A DNA stretch of 64,000 nt, taken from Bacillota bacterium. Its GTDB lineage: Bacteria; Bacillota; Clostridia; Christensenellales; SZUA-584. Each line of letters starts with the position of its first letter. Position 1 is the stretch's first letter. Under the pieces are notes generated by a model. The model was not told the origin of the DNA. It was given only the letters and a program-made list of their open reading frames with translations, and did not search any database. Position numbers and translations under genes: made by a program. This document shows positions 10,591-18,433 of this stretch, piece after piece. The stretch is taken from assembly GCA_023460085.1 (NCBI GenBank), contig JAEWRI010000046.1:202750-266749 (forward strand). Reading direction: 5' to 3'.

Positions 10591-12267
10591 ATGAGTGAAC
10601 TGATGCGCCGTTACTGTCCCCGCATAGAATTCGACTCGTACGAGGACTTCAAACAAAATTACCGCTGCAATGAGCCGGAGCGCTTCAACTTCGCCTACGA
10701 CATCGTGGACGAATGGGCCGCGCTTCAGCCGGACAAGCTCGCGCTCGTCTGGACGGACGACGCGGGCAATATGAAGCGCTACACGTTTACCGACGTGAAG
10801 CGCGAAAGCGAGAAGGCCGCCGCCCTGTTCGCCGCGCATGGCGTGAAGAAAGGCGACGTGGTGATGCTGGTGCTGAGGCAGCGCCCGGAGGTATGGTTCT
10901 GCATGGTTGCGCTGATGCGCATCGGCGCGGTGTGTATCCCCGCCAGCTACCAGCTGACGCCCAAGGACATCTCCTACCGCTGCAACATCGCGGGCGTCTC
11001 CGTGCTGGTCTCCGTGGACGAGCCGGAAATCATCGGACACATCCGAGGCGCGCTGCCGGAATGTGAAACACTGCGCCATCTCATGTCCGTGGGCGACACC
11101 GTGCCGGAGGGCTTCATCGACTTCCGCGCGGAGATGGCCAAAACCGCGCCCGGCTTCCCGAGGCCGCAAGGGCCGGACGCGCCGGACAACACCGACATGA
11201 TGCTGGTCTACTTCTCGTCCGGCACCACAGGAATGCCCAAGATGGTCTGGCACGACTTCGCCTTCCCGCTGGGCCATATCGTCACGGCCAAGTACTGGCA
11301 GTGCGCGCAGGACGACGGCATTCACATGACGCAGACCGACTCGGGCTGGGCCAAGTTTGCGTGGGGCAAAATCTTCGGGCAGTGGATCTGCGGCTCCGCC
11401 ATCGGCGCATACGATACGCAGAAGTTCGTGCCGCACGCGCTGCTGGAAGCGGTGATGCGCATCCGCCCCACCACCTTCTGCGCCCCCGCCACCATCTACC
11501 GCTACCTCATCAAAGAGGATTTGTCCGGCTATGACCTCAGCTTCATCGCGCACGCGAGCCTCGCGGGCGAACCGCTGAACCCAGAGGTACTGCGAAAGAT
11601 AAAAGACCTTACCGGGCTTACGGTGCACGAAGGCTTCGGACAGACCGAGAGCTCCGTACTGCTGGCCAACTTCGCGTGGTTCCCCATCCGCCCTGGCTCC
11701 ACAGGCAAGCCCTCGCCGCTGTACGATATCGACCTCATCGACGCCGACGGCAACTCCTGCGAAGACGGCATCGTGGGCTCCATCGTCGTCAAGAATACCG
11801 ACAAAGCGCACCCGCTGGGCCTCTTCCGCGGTTACTGGAAGGACGACGCTGCCATGCAAAAGAGCTGGACAAGCGGCGTCTACAACACGGGCGACATGGC
11901 CTGGCGCGACGCCGACGGTTACTTCTGGTTTGTGGGCCGCAGCGACGACGTGATCAAGTGCTCCGGCTACCGCATCGGCCCCTTCGAGGTAGAGAGCGTG
12001 CTCATCGAGCACCCCGCCGTGCTGGAGTGCGCCGTCACCGCCGCGCCCGATCCCGTGCGCGGTCAGGTGGTGAAAGCCACCATCGTGCTGGCCAAGGGCT
12101 ACGCCGCAAGCGACGCGCTCAAGAAGGAGCTGCAGGAGCACGTGAAGCGCACCACCGCGCCGTATAAATACCCGCGCATCGTGGAATTTGTGGACGCGCT
12201 GCCCAAGACCATCAGCGACAAGATACAGCGGGGCGTCATCCGTTCGCGCGACGAGCGCAAAGGCTGA
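10591..12267 (+). CDS. AMP-dependent synthetase/ligase (medium-chain acyl-CoA synthetase-like)
   Basis: AMP-binding signature YFSSGTTGMPK, plus the TGD..DGYFWFVGRSDD and C-terminal PKTISDKIQR motifs. Confidence 0.9.
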   Translation: MSELMRRYCPRIEFDSYEDFKQNYRCNEPERFNFAYDIVDEWAALQPDKLALVWTDDAGNMKRYTFTDVKRESEKAAALFAAHGVKKGDVVMLVLRQRPEVWFCMVALMRIGAVCIPASYQLTPKDISYRCNIAGVSVLVSVDEPEIIGHIRGALPECETLRHLMSVGDTVPEGFIDFRAEMAKTAPGFPRPQGPDAPDNTDMMLVYFSSGTTGMPKMVWHDFAFPLGHIVTAKYWQCAQDDGIHMTQTDSGWAKFAWGKIFGQWICGSAIGAYDTQKFVPHALLEAVMRIRPTTFCAPATIYRYLIKEDLSGYDLSFIAHASLAGEPLNPEVLRKIKDLTGLTVHEGFGQTESSVLLANFAWFPIRPGSTGKPSPLYDIDLIDADGNSCEDGIVGSIVVKNTDKAHPLGLFRGYWKDDAAMQKSWTSGVYNTGDMAWRDADGYFWFVGRSDDVIKCSGYRIGPFEVESVLIEHPAVLECAVTAAPDPVRGQVVKATIVLAKGYAASDALKKELQEHVKRTTAPYKYPRIVEFVDALPKTISDKIQRGVIRSRDERKG

Positions 12268-12770
12268 TGGACGCTCTCTGCGGTTTCCCGCCCATCGCGG
12301 ACACGCGCAGCCGCATCCTCATACTCGGCTCCATGCCGAGCGAGGCGTCGCTGCGCAAGCAGCAGTACTACGGCCATCCGCAAAATACGTTCTGGAAGCT
12401 CATGCCCGCGCTGCTGGACGAGGCGTTTGCCGAAGACTACGGCGAACGAAAAGCGATGCTGCTGCGCCACGGCATCGCGCTGTGGGACGTGCTGCGCCGC
12501 TGCGAGCGCGAAGGCAGCCTGGATTCCAACATCAAAAAGCCGGAGGTCAACGACTTCCCGGCTTTTTTCGCGGAGCATCCGGGCATTCGCCGCGTGTACC
12601 TTAACGGCGGCATGGCGTACAGCCTGTTCAAGAAGCATGTGGGCTTTGCGCCGGGCATGGAGTATGTGCGCGTCGGTTCCACGAGCCCGGCGCACGCGAT
12701 ATCGTTTGAGACGCGCCTGGCGGACTGGCGGCGCATGCTGCCGCTGCCCGAAGGCGGGGAAGCGAAGTGA
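12267..12770 (+). CDS. DNA-deoxyinosine glycosylase / UDG-superfamily protein
   Basis: ILILGSMPS..S......YYGHPQNTFW N-terminal pattern. ATG overlaps the upstream stop codon (TGATG). Confidence 0.6.
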   Translation: MDALCGFPPIADTRSRILILGSMPSEASLRKQQYYGHPQNTFWKLMPALLDEAFAEDYGERKAMLLRHGIALWDVLRRCEREGSLDSNIKKPEVNDFPAFFAEHPGIRRVYLNGGMAYSLFKKHVGFAPGMEYVRVGSTSPAHAISFETRLADWRRMLPLPEGGEAK

Positions 12771-13132
12771 TGGGTGAATTTCCGGAATTCATGAAGCGCG
12801 CGGGCAGGCCGGTGGATACCGCGCAGCAAAACACCGCGGATGTGGAAGGATACTGGTTCGACGGCGCGGAAGGCCAGATGGCCTTCTGGACGTGCCATAA
12901 GTCGCGCGAATCCACGCCGCACACGCACGGCTTCGACGAGTATATTGTCGTGCTGGAAGGCGAATATATTCTCTGTACGGACGAAGGCGAAAAGCTGCTG
13001 CGTCCCGGCGATGAAGCCATAATCCCGCGCGGTACGCGCCAGTGGGGACGCTGCGCCGCGGGTACGCGCACCATCCACGCCTTTGGCGGACAGCGCATCC
13101 GCCCACAAGAACACAAAGGAGAAACCGAATGA
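12770..13132 (+). CDS. Cupin domain protein
   Basis: 120 aa with cupin His motifs (PHTHGFDEYIVVLEGE). ATG at 12770 overlaps the upstream stop codon. Confidence 0.6.
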   Translation: MGEFPEFMKRAGRPVDTAQQNTADVEGYWFDGAEGQMAFWTCHKSRESTPHTHGFDEYIVVLEGEYILCTDEGEKLLRPGDEAIIPRGTRQWGRCAAGTRTIHAFGGQRIRPQEHKGETE

Positions 13133-14364
13133 AACCCTACGACGAAACCTGCCGCGATGTGACGGAAGCCGCGGTAAAACGCAGCCTCGGCACCATTTTC
13201 GGTTCGTCCGAATACGACGAGCGCCAGCTCTCCTGCCTGACCAATCCCAAGGCCTGCGCGCCCGTGGTGCGTCTGGGCCCGTGCCGCTGCGGCGACGACC
13301 CGAAGTGCGCCAGCGTATGTTTCTTCGACGCCCTCTCCCGCGACGCGGACGGGCATGCGGTGGTTTCCGCACAGAACTGCGCGGGCTGCGGTGAGTGCAT
13401 TGTCGCGTGCGAAAACCACAACCTTGGCGAGATCCGGGAGGTTGTACCCCTGTTCGCGCGCGTGGACGCGGGCGATCCCGTGTACGCCATGATCGCGCCC
13501 GCATACGTCAATCAGTTTGGCAGCGACGTGACGCCCGGCAAGCTGCGCAGCGCCTTCAAGCAACTGGGCTTCGCGGGCATGATTGAAGTGGCGCTGTTCG
13601 CGGACATACTGACGCTGAAGGAGGCGCTGGAATTCGACGCGGCGGTTCAAACCAAAGAAGACTTCGTGCTGACCAGCTGCTGCTGCCCCATGTGGGTGGC
13701 GATGATACAGAAGGTATACAACCGGCTGCTGCCGCACATGCCGCCCTCCGTGTCGCCCATGGCGGCGTGCGGGCGCGCGGTGAAGCGCCTGACGCCCGGC
13801 GCGAAGACGGTATTCATCGGCCCGTGCCTCGCCAAGAAGGCCGAGGCGCGCCAGCCCGACATCTCGGAAGCGGTGGACTTCGTGCTGACGTTTACCGAAA
13901 TGGAAGAGATTTTCCGCGCGGCGGGCATCGACCCGGCCGCATTGGATGAAGATCAGCGTGACCATTCGTCCGCAGGGGGGCGCATGTACGCGCGCACGGG
14001 CGGCGTCTCCGCCTCGGTGGACGAAACCGTAAAGCGCCTCAAGCCCGACCGCGCCATCCCCGTCCGCGCGCGCCAGGCCGACGGCGTTCCGGCGTGCAAG
14101 GCGATGCTGGCGGACATTCAGGCGGGCAGCTTTGACGCCAACTTCCTCGAGGGCATGGGCTGTGTTCGCGGCTGCGTCGGCGGTCCGCGCGCGCTTATTG
14201 ACCGCGACCTCGGCGCGCAGCACGTGGACGAATACGCCGGGCAGGCGGCTTACCGGACGCCCGCGGACAACCCGTACGTGCTGGAGCTATTGCATAGCCT
14301 CGGGTTTGATACCATCGAGAGCCTCATCAAGGGCGAGAACATGTTTACGAGAAGGTTTGAGTAG
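13129..14364 (+). CDS. [FeFe]-hydrogenase-like protein (ferredoxin-type Cys cluster plus H-cluster-domain motifs)
   Basis: Start moved to MKPYDE (ATG 13129, RBS AAAGGAGAAA, ATGA overlap with the cupin stop codon). Contains CAGCGECIVAC, a TSCCCPMW (L1-like) motif, GPCLAKKAE (L2-like) and EGMGCVRGCVGGP (L3-like). Confidence 0.7.
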   Translation: MKPYDETCRDVTEAAVKRSLGTIFGSSEYDERQLSCLTNPKACAPVVRLGPCRCGDDPKCASVCFFDALSRDADGHAVVSAQNCAGCGECIVACENHNLGEIREVVPLFARVDAGDPVYAMIAPAYVNQFGSDVTPGKLRSAFKQLGFAGMIEVALFADILTLKEALEFDAAVQTKEDFVLTSCCCPMWVAMIQKVYNRLLPHMPPSVSPMAACGRAVKRLTPGAKTVFIGPCLAKKAEARQPDISEAVDFVLTFTEMEEIFRAAGIDPAALDEDQRDHSSAGGRMYARTGGVSASVDETVKRLKPDRAIPVRARQADGVPACKAMLADIQAGSFDANFLEGMGCVRGCVGGPRALIDRDLGAQHVDEYAGQAAYRTPADNPYVLELLHSLGFDTIESLIKGENMFTRRFE

Positions 14365-14405
14365 GCGGTTATAGCGTATATTGGTGGGCTAAGGGAGGAG
14401 CAGCG

Positions 14406-14996
14406 ATGATAGACCTGGAACAGTATTTGTATGACAGGGTTAAACCGGTCATTGAACAGTGGACAGCGGACGACATTTACGCAATTTCATTCTTTGTGTA
14501 TTCCAATGAATTAAATGAATATCAGGGCTGCCAGAATGTCAGTGAGTTTTCGATTGGCTATAATACAGAAAAGGACTGCAGCGGCGCGTCACAGGGCAGC
14601 GAGGAAAGATGGAATTTTGCGTTTTGGAACCAGCACATGATTCCGATTATCGAACCGTCCGCTGACGATGAAGGGATAAGAACCCTGTTCAAATGGTATC
14701 AGGAAAACGCAATAGAGAATATCGGATATGAAGATGATGATTCATGTTATGATAAAAACACGAATTATATTGGAAAAGGTCCGGTTGGATACTACGAATT
14801 ACTGATGGCGGTTTCCAATGTGGCCAAAAGGCTCCAGATGGAAAACGTTACCCTTCAAACGTTTGGTAAACGAATCCCCATTATAGTTCATGACTTAGAA
14901 TATCCTTGGTATATCGAACAAGCAACCGAAAACGCCAATCCAAACGGTGAAGCCGCTGCCTTCTTAGCCGCTTTGCGATCCGGATATTCAGAATAA
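14406..14996 (+). CDS. Hypothetical protein (DUF4303-like?) in a low-GC islet
   Basis: 196-aa ORF with GGGAGGAG RBS. Visibly AT-richer than its flanks. No recognisable catalytic motif. Confidence 0.5.
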   Translation: MIDLEQYLYDRVKPVIEQWTADDIYAISFFVYSNELNEYQGCQNVSEFSIGYNTEKDCSGASQGSEERWNFAFWNQHMIPIIEPSADDEGIRTLFKWYQENAIENIGYEDDDSCYDKNTNYIGKGPVGYYELLMAVSNVAKRLQMENVTLQTFGKRIPIIVHDLEYPWYIEQATENANPNGEAAAFLAALRSGYSE

Positions 14997-15452
14997 CGAA
15001 AATTCCATCGGGACAAAGCGGATGCCGTTCTGCGTTTGCTCGGCATCCGTTTCAGTAAATTTCAACCTGCGGTATATTTCCACGGCATACGGCGAGGAGT
15101 TGACGGTGACGCGCTCCGCGCCCGCCGCCCGGCACGCCTGTGCGCAGCATTCCCACAGTGCGCGCCCGATGCCCTGCCGGTGATACTCCTTTTCCACAAA
15201 GAACAGGCTGATGTGTGCTTCCCTGCGCAGCGCCAGCACGCCGCGCAGTTCGCCGCCCGCAAACGCGCCCCACAGACGCAGCTCCCCCGCGTCCTTCATG
15301 CGGTTGATTGCTTCCGGTTCGATAAACGCGCGGAACGTGTCCACGCCCTCCGCGCTGTATTCGGGCGCTTCAAATTCCGAGAATACCCGCCAGACAAGCG
15401 CCATCGCGGGCGGGATATCTTCCCTTTTCAGCAGCCGTATCTCCATGCTCAT
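14988..15452 (-). CDS. GNAT family N-acetyltransferase
   Basis: 154 aa with the acetyl-CoA motif HRQGIGRALW. Start overlaps the upstream methyltransferase stop codon (ATGA). Confidence 0.75.
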   Translation of the reverse strand: MSMEIRLLKREDIPPAMALVWRVFSEFEAPEYSAEGVDTFRAFIEPEAINRMKDAGELRLWGAFAGGELRGVLALRREAHISLFFVEKEYHRQGIGRALWECCAQACRAAGAERVTVNSSPYAVEIYRRLKFTETDAEQTQNGIRFVPMEFSLF

Positions 15453-16063
15453 CTTTCAAAGTCCAGACAGACGAGCTCCTTGCCATTCGGCAGCGGGCAG
15501 TCCTCCCGGCAGGTCTGTCGATAGCCGATGCGCGCCATGGCCTGTGCCAGCTTATCCGCATCCACGTCCCGGTGCAGCGCATCCAGGCACTGCAGTGCCT
15601 GCGCAGCGGGCGAAGCCGATACAAAGGAAGCGCCCCGGCTGCGCTGCACCGCGCAGCATATCGCCGCCGGCCGCGATTCATCCACCCTCTGCGCGAACGT
15701 TTCCACGCCGATATACTCAATTACGAGCGCTGCGATCACCAGATCCGTTTGAGGCAAGCGGCATTCGTCGTCTGTCAAATCCGCGTGCAGCAGCTCCAGC
15801 CGGTCACCGAAATATGCGAAACGCTGGCGGCACACCTCCAGATAATCCGCGCTGATGTCGACGCCGTATACCTTGCGCACGCCCGCGCCAATGTGTTCCA
15901 GCCCGTTGCCTCCCGCGACGCCCAGCACGCAGACGCTTTCCGGCGCATGGCGGAGCAGTTGACGGCGCATGATTTCACTCAGCGCCTGAAGCTGACCCAC
16001 CTGCTCCGACGCCATGTGCGTCTCGTAGTCATCCAGCGAAACGCTTTCCCATGGGGTTTTCAT
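15449..16063 (-). CDS. Class I SAM-dependent methyltransferase
   Basis: Motif I VLGVAGGNG. Start set to MKTPWES (ATG 16061-16063), which overlaps the sortase stop codon as ATGA. Confidence 0.75.
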   Translation of the reverse strand: MKTPWESVSLDDYETHMASEQVGQLQALSEIMRRQLLRHAPESVCVLGVAGGNGLEHIGAGVRKVYGVDISADYLEVCRQRFAYFGDRLELLHADLTDDECRLPQTDLVIAALVIEYIGVETFAQRVDESRPAAICCAVQRSRGASFVSASPAAQALQCLDALHRDVDADKLAQAMARIGYRQTCREDCPLPNGKELVCLDFER

Positions 16064-16725
16064 GACGCCAGATTGCAGCGCACCACAAGCCGCCCGTTGC
16101 CGTGTGACTCGCACGTCAGCAGCGTCAGCTCCCGGGCGTACTCCGTATCGTCCAGCTTTTCAGGCTGGTCCGGTTTGATGTGGTCGATGGCATATACGGT
16201 ATAGCGCTGCGTTACCCCCTGCGGGCTGGTCAGCAGCACCGTATCGCCCACCTTCACCTTGTCCAGCTGGCCGAATATGGAGCCGTTGGAATAGTTGTGG
16301 CCCGTGACCACCATGTTGCCATCCTCACCCGGCAGCGAACCCTCATAGTAACACGCCGACACCTTCAGCGCGGCATTCGTGGTCTCTGAAAGTACAGGCA
16401 GGTGTGCGTTTATAGCGTCGATATCCACCCGGGCTATTACATCATATCCCTGCAGCTCCGGCGTCAGTGTAGGCGCAGGCGCGGCAGAACTTTGTCCTTC
16501 TGCGGAGGGCGAAGTTCCGGACGACGAGTCCGCACCCGAAGCCTGCGGCGTCAGGCCGCTTGCGTCCAGTACCGCCTGCGCGTTCCGACCCGCGTTGACG
16601 CCCTCGGTCCACAGCACGGTAAACACCACGATGGCGGCGACAGCCAGCGCTCCCGCCAGCGAGAAAAGCACGATCCGCAGCGTTTTGGGGCTCATATGCG
16701 TGATTGCATGCCAAACCTTCTTCAT
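16060..16725 (-). CDS. Sortase (transpeptidase)
   Basis: Start set to MKKVWHA (ATG 16723-16725, AGGAGGAAAT RBS). N-terminal TM anchor, catalytic His (VVTGHN), TLLTC Cys motif and a distal Arg (LVVRC). The 110 upstream codons of the track ORF have no RBS support. Confidence 0.8.
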   Translation of the reverse strand: MKKVWHAITHMSPKTLRIVLFSLAGALAVAAIVVFTVLWTEGVNAGRNAQAVLDASGLTPQASGADSSSGTSPSAEGQSSAAPAPTLTPELQGYDVIARVDIDAINAHLPVLSETTNAALKVSACYYEGSLPGEDGNMVVTGHNYSNGSIFGQLDKVKVGDTVLLTSPQGVTQRYTVYAIDHIKPDQPEKLDDTEYARELTLLTCESHGNGRLVVRCNLAS

Positions 16726-16840
16726 GGCCCATTTCCTCCTGTATTGTGTCCATATCATACCATAAAATCGGCACCGTTTCACGCTTCGAATGATTTCTTT
16801 TGTGTAGGCAGAAAATAAGCACATTGAAGGGAGTAACGCG

Positions 16841-18355
16841 ATGGAAAACAGATCGATTTGGCAGGCGGATACCGTGTGGCATGGCTTTCCGTGCCTGACG
16901 GGTGATATCAAATGCGAGGTCGCGGTGGTGGGTGCGGGGATGACGGGCATCACGACTGCGCTGCTGCTGGCACAGGCCGGCATGGATGTGGCGGTGCTGG
17001 AAGCGGACGCGGTAGGCTGCGGCACCTCAGGCCGCACCACCGCCAAGATTACCATACAGCACGGGCTGTGCTACCAGGGCCTTTCGGAACAGCGCGCGGA
17101 ATGCTACATGCGCGCCAACGCGGCGGGCGCGGCGCTCATTGAGGCGCTGATCCGCGAGCACGCGATACAGTGCGATTACGAGAAGCAGTCCTCCTGTGTA
17201 TATTCACGCGGCGGAGAGGACGAAAGCGCGCTGGACAAGGAACTGGACGCGTACGAAAAGCTGGGGCTGAAGGCCAGCATTAGCATCCGTACCGGGCTGC
17301 CGTTCCCGGTGAAGGCCGCGCTCACGCTGGACAATCAGGCGCAGTTTCATCCGCTCAAATACCTGTACGCGCTGGCGGACGCGGCGGCGGCGGCCGGTGC
17401 CCAATGCTTTGAGCGCACGCGGGTCACGGGCTTCGAGCGCGACGATACCTGCGTACTGCATACACCGGGCGGGCAAGTGACCGCAAGTACCGTCATTTTC
17501 GCAACCAACTACCCGCTAATCGAGTTTCCCGGCCATTTCTTTCTGAGGCTGCATCAGGAGCGTTCTTACATTATCAGCGCGGACGCGGGCGCGCTGAGCC
17601 TTGCCGGGATGTATATCTCTGCCGAGGAGCCCGTCCATTCGGTGCGCGCTGCACGCATGGGCAGGCACACCCATCTGCTGCTGGGCGGCTTCGGACACCG
17701 CACCGGCAAGGAGGATGATGTCGGCGATTCCTATTCGCTGCTCGGACGCTTCTTGCAGGAGGATTTCCCGCAGGCCGGGCAGGAGCCGCAATACCAGTGG
17801 TCCGCACAGGACTGTCAGCCGCTGGACGGCATGCCTTACGTCGGCGCGGTGCATACGGAAACACCGCGCGTCTACGTGGCCACAGGATACAATAAGTGGG
17901 GCATGACCAACAGCGCGGCAGCCGCAGCCATGCTCTCGGACAGCATCGCGGGCTCCACGCGCATCGACCGGGAAACAGCGGAAGCGTTCTCTCCGCTGCG
18001 CTTTACGCCCTGCGCTTCGGCAAAAAACTTCTTCATGCAGGCGGGAGAGTCGGCAGGCGCTTTCACCGCGGGTTACATCGGGCTGCCGCGCGGCCGCTAC
18101 GAGGATATCGCGTCGGGCGAAGGGGCGGTGCTGCGTGTGGAGGGCGATGCGCAGGCGGTGTACCGCGACGAAGCGGGTAAGCTGCATGCCTTTCAGGGAA
18201 GCTGTACCCACCTCGGCTGCCCGCTGGAATACAATGCGCTCGAAAAATCCTTCGACTGCCGGTGCCACGGCTCGCGCTTCGGCGTGGACGGGCAGGTGCT
18301 GACCGGCCCCGCAAAGAAGCCGCTTCCGCGCATCGACACGGGCGATGAGGACTGA
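16841..18355 (+). CDS. FAD-dependent oxidoreductase with C-terminal Rieske [2Fe-2S] domain
   Basis: Dinucleotide fold VVGAGMTGITTA at the N-terminus. Rieske motifs CTHLGCP and CRCHGSRF at the C-terminus. Confidence 0.8.
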   Translation: MENRSIWQADTVWHGFPCLTGDIKCEVAVVGAGMTGITTALLLAQAGMDVAVLEADAVGCGTSGRTTAKITIQHGLCYQGLSEQRAECYMRANAAGAALIEALIREHAIQCDYEKQSSCVYSRGGEDESALDKELDAYEKLGLKASISIRTGLPFPVKAALTLDNQAQFHPLKYLYALADAAAAAGAQCFERTRVTGFERDDTCVLHTPGGQVTASTVIFATNYPLIEFPGHFFLRLHQERSYIISADAGALSLAGMYISAEEPVHSVRAARMGRHTHLLLGGFGHRTGKEDDVGDSYSLLGRFLQEDFPQAGQEPQYQWSAQDCQPLDGMPYVGAVHTETPRVYVATGYNKWGMTNSAAAAAMLSDSIAGSTRIDRETAEAFSPLRFTPCASAKNFFMQAGESAGAFTAGYIGLPRGRYEDIASGEGAVLRVEGDAQAVYRDEAGKLHAFQGSCTHLGCPLEYNALEKSFDCRCHGSRFGVDGQVLTGPAKKPLPRIDTGDED

Positions 18356-18433
18356 TGCCACACCGGTGAAATTTTTACGGAAAGAAACAGGGACGGCCCG
18401 CAAGGATCGTCCCTGTTGTATGTGCGTTGCGGG

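Noticed and set aside
10498-12141. 547-aa minus-strand ORF opposite the acyl-CoA synthetase
   Set aside because: Antisense shadow ORF. Its composition is dominated by Gly/Ala/Arg/His/Val and it has no RBS. The plus-strand gene has unambiguous AMP-binding motifs.
12437-14223. 355-aa and 531-aa minus-strand ORFs over the UDG/cupin/hydrogenase-like genes
   Set aside because: These are Arg-rich low-complexity translations antisense to motif-bearing plus-strand genes, so they are shadow ORFs.
16726-17055. N-terminal 110 codons of the 331-aa sortase ORF
   Set aside because: This part overlaps the divergent promoter and 5' end of the Rieske/FAD gene and has no RBS. A strong AGGAGG plus ATG at 16725 gives a normal sortase with an N-terminal TM anchor.
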